DNA from: an uncultured Nitrososphaeraceae archaeon
Lineage (GTDB): Archaea > Thermoproteota > Nitrososphaeria > Nitrososphaerales > Nitrososphaeraceae
Length of the DNA: 64,000 nt
Assembly: GCA_963765895.1 (NCBI GenBank)
Contig: CAVXZB010000024.1
Span: 192,001-256,000, forward strand
Direction of reading: 5' to 3'
The translations under genes were made by a program, and so were the position numbers. Below, piece by piece: positions 10,338-21,202 of the stretch. Each line of letters starts with the position of its first letter. The first letter of the stretch is position 1. Below the pieces are notes generated by a model, which was not told the origin of the DNA, searched no databases, and worked only from the letters and a program-made list of their open reading frames with translations.

Positions 10338-11780
10338 TTGGGTTCAGTTGCGATTGTACTTGCACTTAAAGTGTACTTGTTGTTATTTGTGATGGATTTT
10401 ACATTAGGTATCTATAGTTTCTTTTCGAGCTTCGTTCTCTTTAATATCTTGCTTTTTGCCTACACTAGATATAAAGATCCATACATCGATGCTGCGAATA
10501 TTCCTATAAATTCCTCGAATTTGAATAGTCTTCCGTTTTTTTCAATTGTAGTTCCGGTTAAAAATGAGGAGGAGAACATTAGAAACTGCGTACAATCTTG
10601 TATAAACCAATCATATCCAAAGAAGGAAATTATCATAGTCAATGATGGTAGCACGGATCGAACTGCGGAGGTACTTGACGACATGAGACGGGAAGAGAAA
10701 GCGAAAAATCATGATAACCAACAATTGCGCATTCTTCACTTATCAAGGAGTGTTGGAAAGAAAAAGGCTATAGAATTCGCCAGTCAAATATCCAAAGGTG
10801 AAATTTATGCTTTTATGGATAGCGATTGTGACATGGCGTATGACGCAGTAGAAAAGGCCGCGAAGATCTTTATTTCTGATAAACAACTCGGGGCACTGAC
10901 CTCACATGGTAGGGTCAGGGGCGCGCACTCTGGTAACATATTGGAAAAATTTCAGGACGTATATATTGACGGCTCATGCAGAGCGATAAAAGCAGAAGAA
11001 AGCTCATTTTCTTCAGTTACCTGCTGCTCAGGGTCTCTCAGCTTCTATAAGAGAGAAGCCGTTCAACATTTTATCCACGAATGGGCGCATGACACATTTC
11101 TCGGAATGGATTTTAAATTCTGTACTGACCGACGTATGACGGCATATGTCCTTGGGACAAGGCCTAGAATGCATGAGAACAATACTGATGCAACATTAGC
11201 TACGAGAACGACTGACGACGTGGATCATGGACGAAGTGCTCAGGCTGATATTCCGATTCTAGCTGTAGGAAACGATGCAATAGAGTTATTGGAAAAGACT
11301 ACAGACCCAGATCGGGATTATGATAAACGTTCTTCTCCTCCGCGTTGGAACGTCAAGTATAGCTATAGTATAAAGGTAAACGTAGGAGTACCCAACAGAG
11401 TCTCAGATCTCATAAAACAGCAAATTAGATGGAAAAAGAGTTTTATTCGAAGCCTGTCCTCTACCGGAGGAATGTACTGGAGTCGCCCATTTTATGTTGC
11501 TATGCTTTATTATATACAAACAGCTATGAAATTTATTCGCCCCTACATAGTGCTACATGCATTACTAGTTCTGCCCTTCGAAGGAGATTTTAGATCTACG
11601 ATTTTATGGGTAATGGGTATAATGTATACCGGCATGATTTATGCTGTAGATTTCAGGCTACGTAACCCAGGCGACAGGCTTTGGTTATATCGGCCAGTAT
11701 TCACTTTTCTCACTACTTTCGTCTACACATGGTTGCTTCCAGTAGCTGCTATGACACTAAGAAATAAATCATGGCGATAG
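10338..11780 (+). CDS. Processive GT2 glycosyltransferase, hyaluronan synthase/NodC-like, membrane-bound
   Basis: VNDGS, GKKKA, DSD, CCSGSLSFYKRE, TDRRMT, QQIRWKKSF; TM helices at both ends. The frame extends upstream to ~10263. Confidence 0.85.
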   Translation: MGSVAIVLALKVYLLLFVMDFTLGIYSFFSSFVLFNILLFAYTRYKDPYIDAANIPINSSNLNSLPFFSIVVPVKNEEENIRNCVQSCINQSYPKKEIIIVNDGSTDRTAEVLDDMRREEKAKNHDNQQLRILHLSRSVGKKKAIEFASQISKGEIYAFMDSDCDMAYDAVEKAAKIFISDKQLGALTSHGRVRGAHSGNILEKFQDVYIDGSCRAIKAEESSFSSVTCCSGSLSFYKREAVQHFIHEWAHDTFLGMDFKFCTDRRMTAYVLGTRPRMHENNTDATLATRTTDDVDHGRSAQADIPILAVGNDAIELLEKTTDPDRDYDKRSSPPRWNVKYSYSIKVNVGVPNRVSDLIKQQIRWKKSFIRSLSSTGGMYWSRPFYVAMLYYIQTAMKFIRPYIVLHALLVLPFEGDFRSTILWVMGIMYTGMIYAVDFRLRNPGDRLWLYRPVFTFLTTFVYTWLLPVAAMTLRNKSWR

Positions 11781-11970
11781 ATAAACTACACGTTCGCTAT
11801 ACCCTAGACTTCATATGTAAAATGGATAAGTAAAATAGGATAACGAAATATGGCAATTGCACTTGGGAACTAATGTGGCTTACCCATCAACTGAATAACA
11901 TTTTTCTACAAGAGCCTGGTATAATTAGCGTCTCGTCTTAGGAGGACAATCTAAATACTTATAATCCATA

Positions 11971-12450
11971 TTGGTCTGTATTTCTGTGATGTTATGCAAA
12001 TCTAGCCTGATAAAGCTAACACTAGGGTTTTTTGTAGTATCTATATTGTCATTCCTTTTCGTCTCTCATCCACCGACAGCATATGGACAGAGTGCTGCAC
12101 TTGTGAAGCCTACGACTGGTGGTAGTCTGAAGGTTAAGATCGAGCCTACTCCAATAATCATCAAGGTAAATACGCCAACAAAATTTAAAGTAACATTCTC
12201 CAAATCAGCAGGAAATGCTCAGCCACATATTGATTATGATTTTCTTATTACAAAGAACGGCAAAGGTGTTTTCTCAGCATCTTCTTCAACGGGTCAAACG
12301 GGGGTCCCGCTACACACTGCTGAGGGTATTGTAACTATACCTTATGTATTTCATTCATCAGGTAATTACCTATTAACAGTAAAGGTGTTCGGTATACTTT
12401 TTAATCCTATTAGACCGGAATCTGCGGATTTTCCGATCAAGGTAACCTAG
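11971..12450 (+). CDS. Secreted beta-rich protein (Nitrososphaerales type)
   Basis: Signal peptide ending AYG-Q; PHIDYDF, PLHTAEG and GILFNPIRPE resemble thaumarchaeal extracellular domains. Confidence 0.65.
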   Translation: MVCISVMLCKSSLIKLTLGFFVVSILSFLFVSHPPTAYGQSAALVKPTTGGSLKVKIEPTPIIIKVNTPTKFKVTFSKSAGNAQPHIDYDFLITKNGKGVFSASSSTGQTGVPLHTAEGIVTIPYVFHSSGNYLLTVKVFGILFNPIRPESADFPIKVT

Positions 12451-12600
12451 TATACCAACGGTCTCGTGTCGAGTACACGATCACTGAAATAGGAGCCAAC
12501 ATTCTGCATTAACTAACCCTGTCTCGAAATCGAAAATGATACAATGAGGATATGAAGAGAAAAGACGAAGACGGAAAATGGATATTTTAATCAAAGATTA

Positions 12601-13128
12601 TTACATATTAGACAAGAATTGTCTGTGTTGTTGTTCTGCGGATGAAAAGAAGGAATTCCAGGCTTTCATAACATTATTATTGTACTCTGTGACAGTATCG
12701 ATTGTCCTATTGCAGACCTTTAAGTTCTCTCTAAAGGTATCAAGACTATTAATCAGGAGTTGATTGTTAACGTCAACTGCCCTGATCGTGCCATTAGTAA
12801 TCTGATTAGACTGATTTACCAATTGCTCCGCGTATGGACCAGAGGAGTGGATTGACCAATTGTTTCCTAGAAGCTGTTTTTGAGCAGATACTGTAGTTTG
12901 AATAATATTTTTTGCGGTCTGGATATAATCAAGCTGAAGATTAGAAACAGACTGATAATATTGAGGTTGAGCCTTCGCCATTTCGTCTACTGTTCTCAGT
13001 AAATTTTCCTTGACAGAATCGTAAATATTCAGACCTTTAGAGGTGATTGTATTTTCCTCTGTTGGTTTATAATCTACCATAGAACTATTTAGCTGTAGTT
13101 CTATATAAATATTGGTAATCAATACCAT
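12601..13128 (-). CDS. Helical Asn/Gln-rich protein, possibly phasin-like
   Basis: Amphipathic helical composition (SNLQLDYIQTAKNIIQTTVSAQKQ). The phasin call is inference only. Confidence 0.45.
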   Translation of the reverse strand: MVLITNIYIELQLNSSMVDYKPTEENTITSKGLNIYDSVKENLLRTVDEMAKAQPQYYQSVSNLQLDYIQTAKNIIQTTVSAQKQLLGNNWSIHSSGPYAEQLVNQSNQITNGTIRAVDVNNQLLINSLDTFRENLKVCNRTIDTVTEYNNNVMKAWNSFFSSAEQQHRQFLSNM

Positions 13129-13408
13129 TGTTTACCGAATAAAACCGTAGGATTATCTATAGCATACCCTCTAAATTGCATATTTTTAAGGACATCTACT
13201 TTATGAGAATATCTATATGTGGTAACACGGGGAGTTAATATACACGAATCTTTGATCAGAGGCAGGAAGATTTTCTAGCCAACTGGGTTTGATTAACTTG
13301 AGAAGATATAATTCTAGCTATTGCAATATTTGCTTAATCTTTCAGTACGATTTAGAATTCCACAATCTAAGGATTAGCAATCTTTCACAAAAATAGCATT
13401 GTCTAGAA

Positions 13409-14257
13409 TTAGAACCCATGCCAAAAATAGATAGACATCTAGCTTGTGAGGGTTTTGCTCATAAGTGCGGCTTATGATAAAGTCAAATATCTTCCAATTG
13501 TCAAAAGAATCTCTGATGCGTTATGGAATGAGGCCAGGTTGTTGATACTTCCATCAGAAAAACCAAATAATTCCATAGGACGTCCAGCAGCAGTATGATG
13601 GCTAAAGTAGGAATTCAATAGAGAGGCAACCACTTGATAGTAGTAGTATTCGGTAAAGGCATCTCTAGGCAGAAATGACTGATTGGACCTAATCCTACAG
13701 ACAAATGTAAGTTAGTTAGGAACAAAATGTCCTCCTGTATTAATAACCGATGGACAAGGTATTTCCATTATCTGTTATTGTTATTATTATTGTTATTATT
13801 ATTATTATAACTGGGGCTAATACGCATAATGATATGAAAGGCAGCAATAAACACGCTGGAAAATAATACCGTAGTTAAAAGACCATCGTCTAGGACATAT
13901 AAAGAAAAACAGAATCTTTATCTATCTTGATAAAGGATATGACTTTCAAACGATCGTAGTATACGAACCAATAAAGGATATGACTTTCAAACGATCGTAG
14001 TATACGAACCAATAAAGGATATCTATCACATATTTGACATAGAGGAGAACAATCAGTTATAAAGATTAATGGTTGTAATAATCATCGTCATCATACTAAA
14101 AGAAGATGGGTTGTAGAAACAACTAACTCTTGGCATAACAGGTTCAGAAAACTTTTAGTTGGGTATGAGAAGAAGTTAGGAGGCTATTTTGCCTTAGTAG
14201 TAGTATATTTAGGCTCTATTATTATCTATAGGAGGATAATTTTAGGATAGGCTCTTA
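13409..14257 (+). mobile_element. Degraded IS5-family insertion sequence
   Basis: Broken transposase segments ISDALWNE..LPSEKPNNSIGRP, GPNPTD, TGANTH, LDKGYDF, RRWVVETTNSWHNRFRKLLVGYEK. Imperfect terminal inverted repeats: TTAGAACCCATGCCAAAA versus the reverse complement of TTTTAGGATAGGCTCTTA (13/18). Confidence 0.85.
13931..14022. repeat. 41-bp perfect tandem duplication (2.2 copies) inside the IS5 relic
   Basis: TAAAGGATATGACTTTCAAACGATCGTAGTATACGAACCAA twice, followed by TAAAGGATAT. Confidence 0.95.
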
Positions 14258-14315
14258 GATATACATGAGCCACTGACGACAACATACTACATCTACTGGT
14301 TTCAAGCATATTCGC

Positions 14316-14771
14316 CTAGCTTCTTTTCATTCGAGAATCTTCTTTTATAGTCCGTATAAACTCTTCCAATTTCTTTAGACTTTCAGGATGCAGGTGATGC
14401 TCAATTCCCTCCGCATCCCGATTGGCTATATCAACAGTTACACCGATCATTTTGAAGAATTCTGCAAGAAGGCCATGTCGTTCCCTAATGCTCTCTGCAA
14501 CTTTTATACCCTCGTTAGTTAGGCTTATGCCTCTATATTTTTCATATTTTAGGTGCCCACTCTCCCCTAGCCTTTGTACCATTTTTGTAACGCTTGGAGA
14601 GCTTACGTTAAGGTATTTGGATATTTCAATAGTTGTTGCATATCCTTTTTGCTGAATTAGCTCAAATATTACTTCTAGATAATCTTCCATTCTATCTGTT
14701 CTATCTTCTTTTTTTGAGTTATTAGCGTCACGAATTGATTCTAATCTAGTTCCTTTAGTCGTAGGCTCCAT
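14316..14771 (-). CDS. mntR: DtxR/MntR-family metal-dependent repressor
   Basis: EDYLEVI, HTH ISKYLNVSSPSVTKMVQRL, RHGLLAEFF, DAEGIEHHL. Confidence 0.9.
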   Translation of the reverse strand: MEPTTKGTRLESIRDANNSKKEDRTDRMEDYLEVIFELIQQKGYATTIEISKYLNVSSPSVTKMVQRLGESGHLKYEKYRGISLTNEGIKVAESIRERHGLLAEFFKMIGVTVDIANRDAEGIEHHLHPESLKKLEEFIRTIKEDSRMKRS

Positions 14772-15237
14772 GCATATCCCAGTGATACATCATACAATAG
14801 GTACATTCCTAATTATGCTTTTACTAAGCCGTGTTAAACGATAATTATACAATGATTTTGCTCGACCCGCTCCATTTGTAATTTATATGCTTTTTTTATA
14901 TTCTATAACACCGATATCAGGAGTGGATCCACTGCTTCTTATTCTCAGAGATAGTTCATGTCATTTAGCACAGAAAGAATTTCATATAATCAATATAACG
15001 CCCGATATTTGTACCAGTGATAAGATATGATTTGGGAGAAGTGATAATTAACTGATCTGCTGATGTGAATTATTAGAGTAGGGCCACACCAGAAGCTTTG
15101 TATACCGACTATATTTTATAAGCTTGAGATTAAATGAAATATACCAATTCTGGAGGTTAATTATTTAGTAACGCTTTCTGGCCTAGAACAATAAACCCCA
15201 TTCAACTATGCTTTGCCAGAGATGATATGGTTGTCGG

Positions 15238-16221
15238 TTAGTTCCCGCAACTATCTTGTTTAATATGACCTATGAAGGATTCAAGATCTGCTGTTGCAAG
15301 GCAACATACTTTATCTCCTGCGCCGTAGTAAACAAACAACCGTCCGTCCAACACACATCCACCGGTGGGAAATACCACATTGTTAACATCTCCGTATAAT
15401 TCATACGATTCCATTGGTTGCAATATTGGTCTCCTAGTCCTAGCAAGTATCTTGTTTGGTCTATTCAAATCCAGAAGCGCGGCACCGGCTCTATAAACTT
15501 TATCATTACTTACTCCATGATAGATAACTAACCAACCATATCTCGTTTTGATCGGTGGTGGCCCTGCTCCGACCTTTAATTCCTCCCAGTCTGACTTAGG
15601 ACTTATAAGGAGAGTGTATTTGCTACGGGCCATCAAAGAGTTCCCTTCCCCAAGCCAGATACTCGGTCTATCTACTCCATAATCCTTTCCAACCCATCGA
15701 CTTGGTCTATGTAACGAAAAATACTTATTTGTTCCTTTTCCACTTATTGAATGTGCATCAAATTTATGTGGGAAGAAAACAACATCTTTGTCGTCATCGG
15801 TTTGTTTTGTTATGGTACCTAATCTGGTAAAAACACGATAATCACTCGTCGTAGCTAATGCTGTTAAAGTCTCTGGACCTTCGCGTACATACTTGGAAGG
15901 AACTACATAAACAAGGTAATCCCTCTGACCAATCTTTACTAAACGAGGATCTTCTATACCGAATCTCTCGTATTGGACATTAGGAGAAATAGCAACCTCA
16001 TTACGTCTAACAAACGTATAGCCATCAGTGCTGGAAGCATATCCTACTCTTGAAATATAGTCTTCATATTCGCCAATAGCACGATACAACATATGAATTC
16101 TAATCCCGTCATATAATACTCCGCAGTTAAAAACTGCCTTGGATTCCCACCAGTTATTATTATCAGGACTCAAAATCGGATTTTTACTATACCTCTTTAG
16201 GACCATCTCGTTTGCAGACAA
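15238..16221 (-). CDS. GH130-family glycosidase/mannoside phosphorylase
   Basis: NPIL, AVFN, LYRA, GIEDPR, DKDVVFFP, HRP, GAGPPP, YHG, NVVFPTG, YYGAGD. Confidence 0.9.
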   Translation of the reverse strand: MSANEMVLKRYSKNPILSPDNNNWWESKAVFNCGVLYDGIRIHMLYRAIGEYEDYISRVGYASSTDGYTFVRRNEVAISPNVQYERFGIEDPRLVKIGQRDYLVYVVPSKYVREGPETLTALATTSDYRVFTRLGTITKQTDDDKDVVFFPHKFDAHSISGKGTNKYFSLHRPSRWVGKDYGVDRPSIWLGEGNSLMARSKYTLLISPKSDWEELKVGAGPPPIKTRYGWLVIYHGVSNDKVYRAGAALLDLNRPNKILARTRRPILQPMESYELYGDVNNVVFPTGGCVLDGRLFVYYGAGDKVCCLATADLESFIGHIKQDSCGN

Positions 16222-16649
16222 GACAAATCCATAAGTAAATCTCTGGTTTTATTAACCTACGCACTTTAGATGGTATAGAATAAGACTCTTCAAAACCATT
16301 ATCCGAGGTACTATCTACCCTAAACAAAAAGTGCCCTGAAATTGAGCTGAAGTTACATCTACTGAACTGAAGTGATTTAGGTTGCCTTACTTATGTCATT
16401 GACATTGCTAGTGCTATCGTATAATAGTGATATCATCTAACAGCTGCAATGTATATACAGTTCTTCGACAATTTGCATCGATTCATGCCAAGGTACTAAA
16501 AACAACATCTTTAGTTGATTGTCCTACTGTATATATGCTCCGAAAAATCTGTTGTGAATGACGACAAAAATGGGGGGAGAGTAATGTGGTTATCGTATGC
16601 CATTCAGTGCCGATTCAACCTAATTTAATCATCCGAGCCTTATCGACCT

Positions 16650-16859
16650 TTATGATTGGTGATGGTGGTGATGGTGGTGATGGTGGTGATGGTGGTGATG
16701 GTGGTGATGGTGGTGATGGTGGTGATGGTGGTGATGGTGGTGTCCGTCTGCATAAGCCAAGTGTTCAGTCACGATTGGAGCCGTTGCCATCAGTGCTATC
16801 GCGGCCATCAAAGTAATAGTTGCCATCAGTGCTATTTTCCTATCACTATTTTTATTCAT
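16650..16859 (-). CDS. Secreted poly-histidine peptide (signal peptide + DG-H28-QS)
   Basis: Basic N-region, hydrophobic core and AYA cleavage motif; (CAC CAC CAT)x9 + CAC; TTTATAAG box ~35 nt upstream. Confidence 0.75.
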   Translation of the reverse strand: MNKNSDRKIALMATITLMAAIALMATAPIVTEHLAYADGHHHHHHHHHHHHHHHHHHHHHHHHHHHHQS

Positions 16860-18081
16860 ATTTCTGCTAGATACTCTTTTTATTTACAATCTTATAAACA
16901 AAGTATACAAATACCTGCATTGGAACCCAGAGATGGAATTTGCCCTGCACTAGTCGAATATAAAATCTCGCTCAACCTACTCCGTCATTAAATCAAAATG
17001 TTGTTTAGCAATGAGGTGTGTCATCATTAACGAGTAAAATAACAAGCCATAAAAATGAACATGAAACGGTCCCTCTTGGTCCTAGGAACGATGGTGGTGT
17101 TTACCAGGGATACTCGCATATCAGGCAAGTAAGCGAGTAAAAGTGATTGTATTGAACATCGTAAAGTTGGACAATAAAACAGTAATAGCTAAGGAGTTTG
17201 GTAGTCAAAGGATTTGATAAAGCTAGCAAACGATACCGTCTCACTCACATCTTCAGGATCACCCAACAAATCTGGCTATGTTCCATCCATGGGTAATGCT
17301 ATCGAGATAATTAATACTGGAAGTAGCAAAAGTAAAAACTTTACCGCGATGTACTCTAAATGTTGAAGGTACACAAGGAAAAATGGTCAACAATCTCTAA
17401 AGCCTCGTCTCAGCAGCTACTTTACACCATCTAACACAACCAACTCAGGTAACTGGTTAATTTACATGAAACTTGGCTACCCATATTGAGAACGTCCTAA
17501 TAACCGAATTGTGCTAGATTAAAGCCGCAATTTAATGACATTTTTTGTTTGTATTTAAAAATATAGAAGACTATTTTGACCGTTGCTTAGACTTACCATA
17601 GTTACTGGTTATTATTTGTGCCTCGAGTCTTTTTTACAAAATCTCGAGTGAGTGTGATAGGTTCAATTTTAAGAATTTATAATAGAAATGAGTTTCTACC
17701 GGCCTGAATATTATACTAGAGGTGTTTCATTAGAAGAAATTTCACATCTGGCCAATCCACACTTTTCCGTTTCCATTAAGTTTATTGAGAGTCTGTTAAT
17801 TGCATTTTCGACAGAATAGCCAAATTGATTAGATTGTTCGCAATAAATCCCATTTCTAACAATGCGAATCATAGGGGCCTATTCTAAACGTTACTTATGT
17901 TATCAATAGTAAAGTTTTTGACATATCATCTTATTGGTAATAAGATCATTTTTCGCAGTAGGCCCATCTGACTTATAGTACAAACATTAACCAGTTCATA
18001 TCATATCAGATCTACTGACCGACTCATTTACCAAATTTCCGGTAGTACTTTCTATATATCTATTTTGCTAATGAAAATACT

Positions 18082-18102
18082 AACTAACCAAACAGTTAGT
18101 TG
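18082..18102 (+). repeat. Putative attL core
   Basis: TACTAACTAAC-CAAACA-GTTAGTTGATA: 11-6-11 imperfect inverted repeat, arms 9/11 complementary. Confidence 0.7.
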
Positions 18103-18152
18103 ATATATAATACTAACTTATATGTCAGAAAAAATGCTATATTATTTATTAA

Positions 18153-19598
18153 TTGGACAATACCGTTACTGCAATACGTAAAGAAAAACTAGTAAGAATC
18201 AATGGTGAACGTGATGATATTATTTTCGAAAGAAAAATGGACGATATTACTTCGGGCTTGCAACCGGAATATTCTAGGTTACTACATGATATATCAGAAG
18301 AAAACGCACTCACAATAGGAAATTACATTCAAGCATTAAGAATGGAGGTCAATCCCTCTGATCATTACAGAGGCGATGTAATTAAACTACTATGTACGTT
18401 CTCTAAATTTAATAATAATCATCCTTTTAGCGCTATAAGTAGGGATGATATAATTTCATATCTAGAAAGTTACCGCAAACCAGAGACATTAGATCCCATG
18501 CATAGATGGATTGAAACTTACAATATATACCGAATGCATTTGATTAGATTTTTAAGATGGTTATATTATCCTGACATTGAACCAAGGAAACGACCAAAAC
18601 CAGAAGTGATTCAGAATGTATTACAGCTCAAGCGAAAAGAACAATCAATTTACAAGCCTACAGATCTTTGGACAGTTGAGGATGATCTGCTATTCCTAAA
18701 GTATTGCCCTTCTAAAAGAATAAGATGCTATCATGCTATGTCTCGTGACACAGGCTGTAGGCCACACGAATTATTGAAGTTAAGGATAAAAGACGTCGTA
18801 TTCAAAGCCACCAGAAATAGACAATATGCAGAAGTTTTGGTCAACGGAAAAACAGGAAGCAGATTTATCCCTTTAATAGACTCGATTCCATATATCAAAG
18901 ATTATTTAAATTATGAACATCCGCAGTCAGCAAATCCAAACACGATATTTCTATGTGGAACACGTAAGAGCTTAGGTAGGATTCTGAATATATCATCACT
19001 ATCACGGATTTATGGTATATATAAGCATGAATTATTTCCAAAGTTATTAAACGATCCAAATGTTCCATCGGAAGATAAGATGATGATTGAAGAATTACTG
19101 AAGAAACCATGGAACCCGTACGTACGAAGACATAGTGCGTTGACAGATAAATCCAAAATACTCAAAGAACATACTTTACGTCAATTTGCAGGTTGGAGCA
19201 CGAATTCCAACATGCCTCAGAAATATCTTCACTATTTTGGAAATGAAGCAAGTGAAAGCTTGTTAGAAGCATATGGTATAGTTACAAAAGACCAGAAATT
19301 ATCAGATGTACTAAGACCAAAGCAATGTCCTAATTGCAATGAACCTAACAAACCTGATAGCAAGTTCTGCGCGCATTGCAGGATGGTTTTGACATATGAT
19401 GCCTATAACGAAAGGTTAGATGAGCAGAAGAAGAAGGAAGATAAACTGGCAGTTATAGAAGACCGATTCAATACTATGCAGTCTCAGATGTGTACGCTAA
19501 TTACAGCTCTTGGAAATATGGATGGCAATAATAAAGTCCAATTTGCAAAGCAGTTGTATCACAGCGGAATATATGAAGTAGATAGTGTCACTATCTAA
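18153..19598 (+). CDS. Tyrosine recombinase/integrase with C-terminal Zn ribbon and coiled coil
   Basis: Catalytic R (DTGCRPHE), K (GKTG), RRHS, GW, Y (PQKYLH); CPNC...CAHC. Confidence 0.93.
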   Translation: MDNTVTAIRKEKLVRINGERDDIIFERKMDDITSGLQPEYSRLLHDISEENALTIGNYIQALRMEVNPSDHYRGDVIKLLCTFSKFNNNHPFSAISRDDIISYLESYRKPETLDPMHRWIETYNIYRMHLIRFLRWLYYPDIEPRKRPKPEVIQNVLQLKRKEQSIYKPTDLWTVEDDLLFLKYCPSKRIRCYHAMSRDTGCRPHELLKLRIKDVVFKATRNRQYAEVLVNGKTGSRFIPLIDSIPYIKDYLNYEHPQSANPNTIFLCGTRKSLGRILNISSLSRIYGIYKHELFPKLLNDPNVPSEDKMMIEELLKKPWNPYVRRHSALTDKSKILKEHTLRQFAGWSTNSNMPQKYLHYFGNEASESLLEAYGIVTKDQKLSDVLRPKQCPNCNEPNKPDSKFCAHCRMVLTYDAYNERLDEQKKKEDKLAVIEDRFNTMQSQMCTLITALGNMDGNNKVQFAKQLYHSGIYEVDSVTI

Positions 19599-20233
19599 TC
19601 ATCAGTTTGAGGTATGTGGGATTCATATCTAGCACATTTCGTGCATTCGTAATATTTTCCTAGCTTATAGAGTAACGTCTCCTTCCATTTATGCCCACAA
19701 TTATTACGATATCTATCTTTATCTAAATAAAAGACTTCGAAATATGATAAATAATCATCTTCTATGACTTTATGGACTTCAGGATAGATTTTGGCAAAGC
19801 TACTAGATAATTTGTTGTAACTTGCCTCTTTTAACTCAATGCCTTTGGTAATATCTTTGGTGTATTCCTTAGGAAGGATAGTCAAAAATGTTCCAAATAA
19901 CTCTGGTAATGAGAATGCATTGTTAATGAAATCAAGACCTGCTTTTGTTCTCATATTACAGTTAGTAATCTTTCCTGTTGGGCTCATTGCCTCTATCAAC
20001 ATGTAAACAATGAATGCGCCGATTCGATTCACGATTTGAAATAATGCATATTCTATATCATCCCTAAACAGCTCTGGATTTCGAAACCTTATCGAATCCA
20101 ATTCTAAATCTGGGATAAATCGCATAATTAACAAGTAAACTTTAGATATCCTGCAAATTCTAATTTGCCATCGTCAAGTACATCATCTTTAACGAAGTAT
20201 TTATTCCCATGCTTAACGATTTTATTTTCCATG
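19595..20233 (-). CDS. Hypothetical protein with C-terminal Cys/His cluster, divergent from the replication operon; probable 5' frameshift
   Basis: CGHKW...YYECTKC; upstream ATG near 20233 is in a different frame. Confidence 0.55.
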
Positions 20234-20322
20234 ATTAATTTGTTTACTAAAGAGGTAACGGTTTGCATAAAAGCGTAAAGGAATTTCCGGAATTTATATT
20301 ATATATAACCTCAATATTCTGC

Positions 20323-20478
20323 ATGTCATCAAAATACAAGAATATTGTGGTATCAGAGACCAACTACAATATTCTAAAACGGCTAGGAGAAGCAGGAGAG
20401 AGCTTTAATGATGTCATCACGGACATTTTGACTAGGACTTCAACAGTCTCATTAAATGGTGAATTTAATGATGGATAG
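20323..20478 (+). CDS. Small RHH DNA-binding protein (VapB/DUF217/CopG-like)
   Basis: MSSKYKNIVVSETNYNILKRLGEAGESFNDVITDIL; TATA-like box ~30 nt upstream suggests a leaderless start. Confidence 0.8.
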   Translation: MSSKYKNIVVSETNYNILKRLGEAGESFNDVITDILTRTSTVSLNGEFNDG

Positions 20479-20614
20479 TTTCGTCGCAATTGATACAGTA
20501 GCAGAATGCTTGACTGAAAAGTGTTCTGACTGTACAGGATTTTACATCAACAGATTATTTCAGCATCACTTACAGTGCATGCATGTCATAAAAAGGCCAT
20601 GATGTTAGAACAGG

Positions 20615-21202
20615 TTGGGCACCCCGAATCTAACATCAATTTGCGGACACCCTCTTCAGTCAAAGGTGAAGAAAATGAGCGCTGATGATAGATTCTCTAA
20701 AGATATAGATAAACATTTTCATCGAATGAAATCTAGCCCTGATGATGGGTCCATAGCACATTCGAATTCAGACATATTAAAGACAACAGACATCACACAG
20801 AGAACAGGAACAAAAGCATACTCGATCAAATACGCCACAAAAAACAAGTGCTATAGTATTCATATTGAACAACGACAGCTTGAGGTCGATCAGGTGGGAT
20901 TTTCCGGTCTAATTGATGACCTATACAAGCAGCTAGGTGACAAGTGGATACAAGATAGCACGGAGCATTCATGGGTAAACAAGTATACAGAGCGAGCCCA
21001 AGTGTGTTTGTTGGATATATATGAAGTCGGCCGCGCGGAATTCATTATAGATCCATCTGATTTGGATGATAAAACCAAATCCTTACTCTCTGAATTAGAT
21101 GAGGACTCTGAAGAGTATATAATCAGGGAAGTTATCAGTAGGATATTTGCTAGCATAGGTGTCCCGCACTTTAAGTTGACACAGAAATATTGTGTGTTAT
21201 AG
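20615..21202 (+). CDS. Hypothetical protein of the element
   Basis: 195-aa ORF co-oriented with the primase operon; no motif recognised. Confidence 0.55.
   Translation: MGTPNLTSICGHPLQSKVKKMSADDRFSKDIDKHFHRMKSSPDDGSIAHSNSDILKTTDITQRTGTKAYSIKYATKNKCYSIHIEQRQLEVDQVGFSGLIDDLYKQLGDKWIQDSTEHSWVNKYTERAQVCLLDIYEVGRAEFIIDPSDLDDKTKSLLSELDEDSEEYIIREVISRIFASIGVPHFKLTQKYCVL

Noticed and set aside
11160-11345. Intein in the GT2 insert
   Set aside because: Too short, with no N-terminal Cys/Ser block and no terminal His-Asn.
13931-14022. Possible CRISPR repeat
   Set aside because: Head-to-tail duplication with no spacer, inside a transposase relic; no cas genes in the window.
16586-16991. Plus-strand ORFs with (DGG)9 and (MVV)n repeats
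   Set aside because: Antisense readings of the poly-His repeat; only the minus frame has a signal peptide and a suitably placed TATA box.
18153-19598. Canonical integron integrase IntI with attC array
   Set aside because: No IntI-specific insertion recognised, it has a Zn-ribbon tail, and the island repeats lack RYYYAAC...GTTRRRY ends. Only a functional analogy is proposed.
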